Source: Candidatus Melainabacteria bacterium
Lineage (GTDB): Bacteria > Cyanobacteriota > Vampirovibrionia > 2-02-FULL-35-15
Direction of reading: 5' to 3'
DNA: 64,000 nt
Assembly (NCBI GenBank): GCA_016193285.1
Contig: JACPSL010000002.1
Span: 1 to 64,000, forward strand
The notes under the pieces were generated by a model, which did no database searches, had not been told where the DNA came from, and saw nothing but the letters and a program-made list of their open reading frames with translations. Both the position numbers and the translations under genes were made by a program. Shown in pieces: positions 30,215-38,627 of the stretch; position 1 is the stretch's first letter; every line of letters begins with the position of its first letter.

Positions 30215-30292
30215 TTTTTGAAAATTAAAGCTCATCTCAAACAAATATTTGATAATCACGGTTCAAATCCCAGTGGATCTATTTAAAAATTA

Positions 30293-32293
30293 TCACCTTT
30301 GTTTAACGGTTTTTGTTTCAATTATCTTTTCACCGTCTTCTGCAAATTTTGTTATAGTATCCTCATAAGCATCTTCATAACGAAGCCACTTTCTCTCAAG
30401 TCTTAATAGGCGTTTTCCATTTGGACCAAATATTTCCTCAATAGGACCTTTATCAGCAACAACATATTTAATTACTTTCTTTTCAACAAGTTTTCCTTCT
30501 GCATTATATTTTATTTCTTCTCTACCATCTTTATTGTAAGTATGTTCTGTTTTAAAAAGCAATTTCCCTGAACCATCATATTCCTCATCTACAGAGCCAT
30601 CTTTATGGGTAACTTTCTTACTGGTTAGTTTGTCATCGCTATCAAATAATTCTACGGTATAAATATCTTTTTGGGAAGTCACAACCTTTTGCCCAGTATA
30701 TTTATTATTTTCATCATAATTTTTTGTTATAGTTGGTTCATCTTTACTTGTTACTTCTATTATCTTACCTGCAAATTCTCCGTTTATATATGTTTCTGTA
30801 ATAGCTTCAAAATCAGCTCTTCTACCATCAAATCTTATAGTTCTTATTGATCTTCTTTCTTTTAGTTTTTCATTTAAGTCAAATGTTTCACTAGTTGTTC
30901 CTGTTGAATCACTTGTTATTCTTTTTTTTAACTTTCCATAAGCATTATAAAATTCTTTAATTTCTTTGTTAGATCTACCATCATTGCCAGGAGTTCTTAA
31001 TTCAAGAGATGACCAGCAAAGCTTACCATCTTTATCGTAGCTCTTTCTTGTTTCAAGTAGTCTATCATGAGTGTATTTTGAAGTGATCTTCCCATCATAA
31101 ACACCTTTGAAATAGTGCTCTCTAACAGATTCAACTGGCTTACCAAATTTGTCAAAAACTGAAATAGTATATTTGCTGGTTATTAATTTTTTACCGTCTT
31201 TTATATTATTTTCTGTTTCTACTAAACCCACGAGATCTCTGTCGGCAGAATATTCTTTAACAGTTACAGTTTCCCTGTTATTTTCTTTATTATCTGCTGA
31301 GATATCAAAAGTCTTGACAATTTTTCCATCACAATCCCTAACAACAGTTCTTCCTAAAAGCTTGTCTTTAGAGTAAGTAGTAGCTATAGTTTGAAGTACT
31401 TTTCCTTTGCCATCTTTTATTGTTTTTTCCGAAAATGTACCATCTAAACTTATTTCTTCAATGCTGGATTCAACAAATTCTCCCTTTTTGTTTTTTACAG
31501 TTGCAATAACCGTTGTGCCTTTTATATGTGATTTTGTTTCTATAACTGTAGTTAGATCCTTATCTTTGTCTTTTTTAGTTTCAAGTTTATTGTAAACCCA
31601 GCCTTTTCCAGTACTCTTTTCAACTACAGTTGTTCCATCTTCTACAATTTTAATTGTTTCTTTATCTGTTAATTTTCCTGTTGCGTCTTTAGTTTCTGTA
31701 ACTGAAGATAAACGATCCTCGCTGATTTTTGTTACTGTTGTGGAAACTAATTTAAAATCTATGTTTTCTTCTTTTGTAGTTACTGTCAAACCATTTTCAC
31801 TATATTCTGTTGAAATTCTTGATTTTACTTTATAGTCACTGTCCATTTCTTGAACGTATTTGAATATTCTTTTTCCATTAGCATCAAAATCTACAGTAGT
31901 AAGGATAAGCCCATTATTGCTCCTTTTTGTAACACTTCTTTCCTTTAATCTCCCTAATTTATCATAAGTAAATTCTTCTTTTTCTTTCAACTTTTTGTCT
32001 TCACCAATAATTTCAATAAAAGCAAGTTTATCGTCCTTCAATTTTTTAACTTCCCTTCCTCTGCTTTTATCTAATTCAAATGGCTCGTCAGTAAGAAGAG
32101 GTAAAAGTTCTTTTGTGCTTTCTTTACCTTGAGGATCTGTGAAAGCCACAAATTGAATGTCACTGCTTATGAATTGATCATTATCAATTTCTTCAGTGGT
32201 AGGCTTTATTGTAATTTTTTTTTCTGTGCTAGTCTCAAAATTCGCTAATGATTTCTTTCCTAATATAATGATTGTTCCAATTAAATTAACCAT
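30293..32293 (-). CDS. YD-repeat (RHS-like repeat) protein, 666 aa, with no recognisable toxin tip
   Basis: YD-like units recur: YDKLGRL, YDKDGKL, YNAYGKL, YNAEGKL, EYDGSGKLLFKTEHTYNKDGRE. The protein is Lys/Thr/Asp-rich. Confidence 0.5.
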   Translation of the reverse strand: MVNLIGTIIILGKKSLANFETSTEKKITIKPTTEEIDNDQFISSDIQFVAFTDPQGKESTKELLPLLTDEPFELDKSRGREVKKLKDDKLAFIEIIGEDKKLKEKEEFTYDKLGRLKERSVTKRSNNGLILTTVDFDANGKRIFKYVQEMDSDYKVKSRISTEYSENGLTVTTKEENIDFKLVSTTVTKISEDRLSSVTETKDATGKLTDKETIKIVEDGTTVVEKSTGKGWVYNKLETKKDKDKDLTTVIETKSHIKGTTVIATVKNKKGEFVESSIEEISLDGTFSEKTIKDGKGKVLQTIATTYSKDKLLGRTVVRDCDGKIVKTFDISADNKENNRETVTVKEYSADRDLVGLVETENNIKDGKKLITSKYTISVFDKFGKPVESVREHYFKGVYDGKITSKYTHDRLLETRKSYDKDGKLCWSSLELRTPGNDGRSNKEIKEFYNAYGKLKKRITSDSTGTTSETFDLNEKLKERRSIRTIRFDGRRADFEAITETYINGEFAGKIIEVTSKDEPTITKNYDENNKYTGQKVVTSQKDIYTVELFDSDDKLTSKKVTHKDGSVDEEYDGSGKLLFKTEHTYNKDGREEIKYNAEGKLVEKKVIKYVVADKGPIEEIFGPNGKRLLRLERKWLRYEDAYEDTITKFAEDGEKIIETKTVKQR

Positions 32294-32387
32294 AACCCTC
32301 TATTCTATGTCTTACAATACAAGGCAATAAGCTAAAAATTTTTGATATTAATAAACTTCTTCAAAATAAAATTTCCTTAATTATTTG

Positions 32388-32492
32388 AAAGTAGTGAAAA
32401 ACACTAGGAGGATAGTTAAATCACGCAGCAGGAGCTAAGTCCGGTTATAAAAATATACCCTTTATACTCCATTAATTTAGTTCTCGCTTTGA
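32388..32492. repeat. ~105-bp repeat, copy A (≈85% identical to copy B at 33817..33912)
   Basis: Hand alignment of the shared blocks cactagg, tcacgcagcaggagc, ccattaatttagttctc and ctttg. Copy A ends 95 bp upstream of the YD-repeat gene start. Confidence 0.6.
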
Positions 32493-32547
32493 AAGAGCGA
32501 GGCTTGCTTTGTTTACAAAGTCTGCAATTAATCTTTTAGCTCAATGT

Positions 32548-33723
32548 TCATAAAACCCGACTTGTAGCTTTTATAATTTCGCCAACCAGATTTCTTAAGC
32601 TAACAAATGTAACTTCTATACTTCCATATTTCTTTTTGTACGTTCTATCAATATCATGAGAAACTACATAATTTAGACCTTTTTGATATGTTCTTCTGAA
32701 AATCTCTAAGTTGGAAGAATTAAAATTGTCTGATTTCCATTTGCATTCAATTGCTATCGGATCTTTGCCTCTTGGGGAAATAACAAAATCTATTTCATTC
32801 CCTTGTTTATTTCTCCAATACATTATTTTTTTCGTTTGTGTTTCTGCATTTATTTCATTTAAAACAAAGTGCTCCCACAATACTCCCATATCATCTGGTC
32901 TTAAAGAGTTCCAACTACGATAGTAACAAACAAAACCTGTATCAAATGCATACACTTTTGGGGCTTTTACTATTTCGTTTATTTTGTAGGTGCTAAAAGG
33001 CCTAACAATATTTGCTACAAATGTTTGATCTAAAATATTTAAGTAGTTATTAATAGTGACTCTGCTTACTTCACAAGGCTTAGCATATTTTGTTGCTTCA
33101 AAAATCCCACCACTATTTACAAACAAAAGTTCAATAAACTTTTGAAAAGAACTTTTCTTTTCAAGCTTAAATAATTCTTCTATGTCTTTAGACCAATATT
33201 CGCTTATCCATTCCTCAAACTCATACTCTGGTACCTTGTTCTGCAAAAAATTAGGTGGTAGCCCACCAAATAAAAATCTATGACTGTAGTCTTGATTATT
33301 AAAATTCTTTAGATCTTTAGTAATTAAAGGAGTGAGCCAAATTGAACATTTTCTTCCAGTAAGCGTATCTTTAAATTTCTTTGATGAACCAAGTGTTGAT
33401 GAACCAGTTGCAACAACTTTTATATCAGGGAAATAATCACTAGCTATCTTTAATAGCTCTGATGGGTTATCTAGCCTGTGAACTTCATCAAAGATAACTT
33501 TCTTCTTTTTTAATCCTTTTAGAAATAACTCGGGATTTTCGGCTTGTTTTCTGATTCCATAAAGCTCAAAGTCAAAGTATTCAATGTTTGGAATAGATTT
33601 GCATAGGTAGGTTTTTCCTACTCTTCTTACACCATTAAGCCATATTACAGATCTGCTTTTCCAAGCATTGTTTATCTTTTCTAACCAGAAATCTCTTTGG
33701 ACCATACGTAAGCATACTATCAT
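32548..33723 (-). CDS. AAA+ ATPase of the AAA_14 + DUF4143 family, copy 3
   Basis: Walker A LNGVRRVGKTY, Walker B VIFDEVH. The DUF4143 C-terminus has …GNEIDFVIS…IECKWKS…. Confidence 0.8.
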   Translation of the reverse strand: MIVCLRMVQRDFWLEKINNAWKSRSVIWLNGVRRVGKTYLCKSIPNIEYFDFELYGIRKQAENPELFLKGLKKKKVIFDEVHRLDNPSELLKIASDYFPDIKVVATGSSTLGSSKKFKDTLTGRKCSIWLTPLITKDLKNFNNQDYSHRFLFGGLPPNFLQNKVPEYEFEEWISEYWSKDIEELFKLEKKSSFQKFIELLFVNSGGIFEATKYAKPCEVSRVTINNYLNILDQTFVANIVRPFSTYKINEIVKAPKVYAFDTGFVCYYRSWNSLRPDDMGVLWEHFVLNEINAETQTKKIMYWRNKQGNEIDFVISPRGKDPIAIECKWKSDNFNSSNLEIFRRTYQKGLNYVVSHDIDRTYKKKYGSIEVTFVSLRNLVGEIIKATSRVL

Positions 33724-33816
33724 ATGGTTTAACTATATGCAATCAATCTTTCGTTTAGTGTAAGCTGGGAATGCAACAATAAAGCAAACCTGTCCCTGTG
33801 AGTAAGGATAAACAAT

Positions 33817-33912
33817 AGTGAAGAGCACTAGGGGATACATCACGCAGCAGGAGCCAAGCCTGGTATATAAATATGCTCTCTATATTCCATTAATTTAGTT
33901 CTCACTTTGTAC
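33817..33912. repeat. ~105-bp repeat, copy B (direct orientation relative to copy A)
   Basis: See copy A. It ends 94 bp upstream of the copy-3 ATPase start. Confidence 0.6.
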
Positions 33913-33928
33913 CTGAGGCCCGATTTTA

Positions 33929-34288
33929 CTATAGTTCAATATCTAAATGTAAAGCCATCCCTTTTTTTACACTGCTAAAGTCTTGTTCATTTAGAATGCC
34001 TATTTTTTTAATAAAATTATTTTTGCTTACTGTATAAACATGAGAACAAATTGCTGCACTTGGTTTATTTAGACCACTTTGTTTTGTTGGTTTAAGATAG
34101 ATGTAAATCTCATCGTATTGCTCTACCTTTGTAGATGTAGGAACAACTGTTATTGTGTCTAGTAAAGTACACCCCTCGTTGCTTTGAACAACTATTGAAG
34201 GTCTTGCAGTTTTGCCAAGCTCACCTCTGCGGGATGGCTCATAATTAACTAGCCATACTTCACCTTTTTTTATTTCTTTGTTATCCAA
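33929..34288 (-). CDS. MazF/PemK-family type II toxin (mRNA interferase)
   Basis: KGEVWLVNYEPSRRGELGKTARPSIVVQSN…VVPTST… matches the PemK/MazF fold pattern. It overlaps the upstream antitoxin gene by 8 bp. Confidence 0.7.
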   Translation of the reverse strand: MDNKEIKKGEVWLVNYEPSRRGELGKTARPSIVVQSNEGCTLLDTITVVPTSTKVEQYDEIYIYLKPTKQSGLNKPSAAICSHVYTVSKNNFIKKIGILNEQDFSSVKKGMALHLDIEL

Positions 34289-34556
34289 GACTTTTTGCTA
34301 CCTCAAATTGTGCTTTTTCAAGAGCTGACAATTCCTCTGCTGCTTTTGACTTAGCAAATCTGGCATATGCTTGAACACGTTTTAATTTCCTGTAAGCTTT
34401 AATAGCATCAGCTATTAATTCACTAACACTTCGGCCAGTCTTTTCTGCTTCCTTCTTAATCAACTTAGCAAGCTCATCGTCTAATGAGATTGAGATTTTT
34501 ATAGACATTTTCTTACCTCTTTTCCTACTTTTTATCCTACTATAAATCCTACCCAC
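34281..34556 (-). CDS. RHH (CopG/MazE-like) antitoxin; true start probably MSIKISISLDD near 34510
   Basis: ISISLDDELAKLIKKEAEKTGRSVSELIADAIKAY has a ribbon-helix-helix pattern. It is the first gene of the pair. Confidence 0.6.
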   Translation of the reverse strand: MGRIYSRIKSRKRGKKMSIKISISLDDELAKLIKKEAEKTGRSVSELIADAIKAYRKLKRVQAYARFAKSKAAEELSALEKAQFEVAKSLG

Positions 34557-34590
34557 CTATCATTAAAACCTAATTAAATAAGGTATTTAG

Positions 34591-34631
34591 CCGCGTAGCG
34601 TAAACCACGGGAGCTTGCTCCCGAGTAGTTT
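34591..34631. repeat. GC-rich palindromic element, copy 1 (hairpin CGGGAGCTTGCTCCCG plus a second small GC hairpin)
   Basis: Its reverse complement AACTACTCGGGAGCAAGCTCCCG closely matches AACTACTCGGGGGCAAGCCCCCG at 63588..63612. Confidence 0.55.
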
Positions 34632-34645
34632 AGAAACGTAACGAA

Positions 34646-34662
34646 TGTAACCTTGGGTTACA
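34646..34662. promoter_or_regulatory. 17-bp palindrome TGTAACC-TTG-GGTTACA upstream of the mazE-like gene
   Basis: Seen directly. Candidate antitoxin operator. Confidence 0.25.
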
Positions 34663-34692
34663 AAGTTTGATGACTATTCAGTACTTTTTAAA

Positions 34693-35001
34693 TTACCAGT
34701 CCTTTACTACGTGATCCTTAAAGTAGTTAAAATTAATGTCTTTAATTTTAAAATTCTCTATTTGTGGACTTAAGAGAAAAAGATTAATCTTTTTTTGATT
34801 GGTAATTTTTGCATCTGCTAAAAATGAGTAAAATTTTTCAAGATTTTTTGCATGATTCATTGTAGGTGTTTCATTTGATTTTATTTCTATGACATCCAAT
34901 TTATCCCCATGTTCAATTAGCAAATCAACCTCAACACCATTGCTTTCTTTATAGAAAAAAAAGTTTTTATGTCCTCCAGTTGCAAAGTTTCTTTTTACCA
35001 A
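34693..35001 (-). pseudogene. truncated DUF4143 ATPase (C-terminal ~100 aa only), copy 4
   Basis: …NGVEVDLLIEHGDKLDVIEIKSNETP… is the DUF4143 C-terminal block. No Walker A region is present and no N-terminal half lies upstream. Confidence 0.5.
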
Positions 35002-35074
35002 TTCACTGATTACAAGATTTTCAAAAATATAGTAATCCTCGGGTCCATAAGGAGCTGACCATTGCTTAATATAA

Positions 35075-36067
35075 CTACTCTACTAATCCAAATGCCTGAG
35101 CTAACAATGATTGATAATCAGAACTTATATTTGTTCCTCCTCCAACTTGTAGTCCACCAAAAGTATTGTCAACATAGCTTGGTGTAATTGTTATATCTAT
35201 GTATTTTTGTCCCATTGAATCAACTATTGCATTAATTTCTGCACCAAGAAAACCATCAGTCATTACTTCACTGGCCATGTCTGTTGAAGAAACCAGAGGA
35301 AACAAATAAGTCATTCCAACTAAAATATTTGGGTCCATATCCATAATAACTGCTCCCATTCCACCATCATTTACATTAAAAGTATCATTGACTGTAACTC
35401 CAGGCGGCTTAGTACCTATACCTGATTGAAAATAATCAATAACATTTTTAATGTCGGTTGTACTGGGATTACTGTTTGTATAATCAGTCCAATGAGCATT
35501 GTCTATATCACTGCCTGTATATAACCTCAACATATTTCCATTGTTTATAGCACTTGGCAATACTGAACTATCAATTACAAATGGAAACCCTGAACCTGCC
35601 AATGCCTTTCCTGCTGCTCTTTTTGCAACAGTAGCTTTATCATAAATTTGAACTTCGTTAATATTAAAAATCATACCTAAAAATGTTTTTGCTTTATATG
35701 TATATGAAACCATAATTGCATTTGGTGAAGGATGATTTTCATCCCATGTAAAAGTCATGTTATTAAAATCATAGACTCCAACTTGAATGGATAAATCATT
35801 GTTGTCAAGTGTTAAAGATACAAAATTAGGAATTGTTTTAGTTAGATTATTATTTAAATAATTTAAGGTTACATTTTTTGCACCAGAAATATTTTGATTA
35901 GTAACCAGCTGAGATATGCCTGCAAGTACTGAAAGATCAATCGCACTTTTTACATTTGTTTTTTTTGTATAGAAGTTTGACAAGTCAATCGTAATAGCAC
36001 CTAAGCCTAATACCGCTATTAATAGCAGTGCAAAAAATGGTATAACCATTCCATGTTTATTACGCAC
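35075..36067 (-). CDS. TadG-like Flp-pilus assembly protein (Tad domain, PF13400-like)
   Basis: An N-terminal TM segment, then …AIDLSVLAGISQL… resembling the TadE/G AaDaAALAGA motif. Confidence 0.55.
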   Translation of the reverse strand: MRNKHGMVIPFFALLLIAVLGLGAITIDLSNFYTKKTNVKSAIDLSVLAGISQLVTNQNISGAKNVTLNYLNNNLTKTIPNFVSLTLDNNDLSIQVGVYDFNNMTFTWDENHPSPNAIMVSYTYKAKTFLGMIFNINEVQIYDKATVAKRAAGKALAGSGFPFVIDSSVLPSAINNGNMLRLYTGSDIDNAHWTDYTNSNPSTTDIKNVIDYFQSGIGTKPPGVTVNDTFNVNDGGMGAVIMDMDPNILVGMTYLFPLVSSTDMASEVMTDGFLGAEINAIVDSMGQKYIDITITPSYVDNTFGGLQVGGGTNISSDYQSLLAQAFGLVE

Positions 36068-36482
36068 TTGACACCTCAGATCTTGCTACTGCTGTACTTT
36101 TTAAAACAGGTGCCCATGGCTGGCTTGAATTAAAAAGTCCAAAAGGATTTATTATCGGTGTGTAATTATACTGAACATTTACAGTAATGACATCTCCTAC
36201 TTTTTTTACTATTCCAGGAGATGGTGTAATAGTTAAAGTAAATTTTGCAATATCTGGCAATAGAGAATTAGCTCCTGAAGCATCAATAACATTTTGCTGT
36301 GTATAAGATGATGTAACCGATGCATACCTTACTGCAGATCTTGCAATTTGACTTAAACTATTTGATATATAAAACACACTGCCAAATTCATAAATAAAAA
36401 GAACTATCCCAAGTAATATTGGAATAACTAGTGCTGTTTCTGCCATTACACTTCCTTTAAAAGATCTAAATAAAAATTTCAT
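36060..36482 (-). CDS. TadE-like protein
   Basis: N-terminus …SVMAETALVIPILLGIVLFIYEFGSVFY…ARSAVRYA is the TadE-like pattern. It overlaps tadG by 8 bp. Confidence 0.55.
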   Translation of the reverse strand: MKFLFRSFKGSVMAETALVIPILLGIVLFIYEFGSVFYISNSLSQIARSAVRYASVTSSYTQQNVIDASGANSLLPDIAKFTLTITPSPGIVKKVGDVITVNVQYNYTPIINPFGLFNSSQPWAPVLKSTAVARSEVSSA

Positions 36483-36569
36483 AATTTAAATTTATAACCT
36501 CGTTCTACCTTTATTTTATTAAAAAGGCAAGGTTTACAAAAAATCTAATGATACCCCTACATGATAGCC

Positions 36570-37445
36570 CTAATAATAATAATAAGAGCGTTCATCTCCT
36601 AAAATTATTTCTATTGCATTTTCATTTTCATTTGCTGAAATTATTGCCTGAGTCTGTGAAATATCTTGTGCCCCTTCTGGCTTTTGAATTAGATCACCAT
36701 AAATATCTTCTAAATTAACCCCACTAGTTGCAGCTAACTTATCTTCTCCAAATGGCCTTAACACTAAGTGTAATTGGCCAACCTCACTAGCTAGTGCTAT
36801 TTTTTCTGCATCGTTTGAGCCAAGTGCAAGGGTTACTTGTGCAACTATTTTAGCTTGAGGTTCTGCAATAGAATTTATATCTAGAATTTTATCTCCTACT
36901 GCCAAGACTAAAATATTTTGTAAAATTGTTTTTGAAAATGTTTGTTGTTCATTACTTTTTAAAATTGAAACAATGTCAACACGATCACCTGGATTAATAA
37001 ATCCACCAACTCCAACTACTTCATTTACACGGATTGTTATTGCTCTTAGATCCTTTGGAATTACAACAGGCAAGCCACCACTAGCACCTTGACCAACAAG
37101 TCTGGTCTCAGTTACTACTTCATCAGCTTGTAATGTTGCTTTTACTATACGGTCTTTAACAGATGAAATTGAACTTGGATAATCTTTTGGAACTGCTTGT
37201 ACAGGAAATTGTTTAATTGCTAAATCGCTTTCTTGTAATTTAGTACCTGCTAGAATTTGTTTACCTGCTACAACAACTGGTTTTGTAACTGAGAGTGCTT
37301 TTACCTTTTCTTGTGTCTTGCTTAAATATTGCCAAACACCAGTTGCAGCAATTAATCCCAGGAACATTGCAAGTGAGGCCATGACCACAAGTGAATTAAT
37401 TTTGTTTTTGGTTTTTGGTGACAGGGGTGAAGGATTTATTGCCAT
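36570..37445 (-). CDS. cpaB: Flp pilus assembly protein CpaB/RcpC
   Basis: An N-terminal TM segment, an SAF-like domain (VVVAGKQILAGTKLQESDL) and the …IPKDLRAITIRVNEVVGVGGFINPGDRVDIV… beta-clip region. Confidence 0.7.
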   Translation of the reverse strand: MAINPSPLSPKTKNKINSLVVMASLAMFLGLIAATGVWQYLSKTQEKVKALSVTKPVVVAGKQILAGTKLQESDLAIKQFPVQAVPKDYPSSISSVKDRIVKATLQADEVVTETRLVGQGASGGLPVVIPKDLRAITIRVNEVVGVGGFINPGDRVDIVSILKSNEQQTFSKTILQNILVLAVGDKILDINSIAEPQAKIVAQVTLALGSNDAEKIALASEVGQLHLVLRPFGEDKLAATSGVNLEDIYGDLIQKPEGAQDISQTQAIISANENENAIEIILGDERSYYYY

Positions 37446-37933
37446 AGTTTTGAAAAAATTTCATCATTGATTCCAAATGTTATATATAAAATTGTACCCA
37501 GTGCAATAGCAACTCCATATGGCACTTTTTGTTTTTTATCTACAACTGGTAACATTTGTCCAGTTGTTATCAGAAACTTAAAATGACCTGAATTAAATAT
37601 TATCCAAACTAGTCCTAATAATAATCCACAAAATGCACTGTAGAAAAAAATAAAGATTACATCTTTAACTCCAACAATAGAGCCAATTACAGCAAGAAGC
37701 TTAACATCACCAGCACCCATCCCGCCTTTTAAGTAAGGAATTATCAAAAGTAAGATCCCAACAGTAAAGCCAAGTAAACAATTTACAATCCCTTGAAGTT
37801 TAAATGAAAAAATGTTTATTAAAAAAATAAAAATAAAAATACCAAAAATAAGCCAATTAGGAATCTTTCTATACTTCCAGTCAAAAAAACCACCTAAAAC
37901 AGATATTATTAAAAGTAATATTTCCTTACTCAT
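37436..37933 (-). CDS. cpaA: A24-family prepilin peptidase (CpaA/TadV)
   Basis: A small polytopic membrane protein with GGFFDWKYRKIPNWL and GAGDVKLLAVIGS motifs. Confidence 0.7.
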   Translation of the reverse strand: MSKEILLLIISVLGGFFDWKYRKIPNWLIFGIFIFIFLINIFSFKLQGIVNCLLGFTVGILLLIIPYLKGGMGAGDVKLLAVIGSIVGVKDVIFIFFYSAFCGLLLGLVWIIFNSGHFKFLITTGQMLPVVDKKQKVPYGVAIALGTILYITFGINDEIFSKLWQ

Positions 37934-37987
37934 AAAAAAAACATAGCCTTATCAGGCAGGCTATGTCAAATTTTCTTTAACTATTAT

Positions 37988-38191
37988 TTATTGAGTATTT
38001 AGTTCAGTATTAACATTAGTAAAAATATTCGAGATTGAGCCTCTCATTGAGATTATTATTGATGCAACACCAGCAGCAACAATTCCTAAGAGCAGTGCAT
38101 ATTCTGTCATTGATGCACCTTCTTCATCACGAATAAATCTAATGACTATGTCCATAAAGTTATTCCCAATCCTAAGCAATTGATCTAGCAA
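37988..38191 (-). CDS. flp: Flp/Fap-family pilin, copy 1
   Basis: …DEEGASMTEYALLLGIVAAGV… is the Flp motif (EEGAT.IEYGLI). Confidence 0.75.
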   Translation of the reverse strand: MLDQLLRIGNNFMDIVIRFIRDEEGASMTEYALLLGIVAAGVASIIISMRGSISNIFTNVNTELNTQ

Positions 38192-38250
38192 TTAGCTATT
38201 GATAAAACATATCCAAGAACTCATCTAACTCAATAATGCTACTTTACTGC

Positions 38251-38415
38251 TTACTTAGTAAGTTCAGTATTAGCATTTGTAAAAATGGTCTTGATGGAGC
38301 CTCTCATTGTGACTATTACTGATGCAACACCAACAGCAATAAGTCCTAAGAGCAGTGCATATTCTGCCATTGATGCACCTTCTTCATCACGAATGAATTT
38401 AATGATTGTATCCAT
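38251..38415 (-). CDS. flp: Flp/Fap-family pilin, copy 2 (54 aa, not in the ORF track)
   Basis: Hand translation gives MDTIIKFIRDEEGASMAEYALLLGLIAVGVASVIVTMRGSIKTIFTNANTELTK. A GGAGG RBS lies 7 nt upstream. Confidence 0.7.
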   Translation of the reverse strand: MDTIIKFIRDEEGASMAEYALLLGLIAVGVASVIVTMRGSIKTIFTNANTELTK

Positions 38416-38627
38416 AATTAACCTCCTATCATAAACTAACTTTTATTACATACCCACTTACCAGGAAAAATATACCTATTGTTAACCCTTTGTTTCACAG
38501 GGCTATCTCTACGTTCTAATTATTTTTTACTCACCTGTTTAATCTAACAAGGTTTAACCCTAAGACTCTAGGGGTAACAAAAATATAGAACGTAAGTTCT
38601 TTGCTCTTTAGTTAGGGAGTATAACGA

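Noticed and set aside
33817-33912. A sigma-54 type promoter (TGGC…TGC) inside the 105-bp repeat
   Set aside because: The spacing between the GG and GC elements does not fit the −24/−12 consensus.
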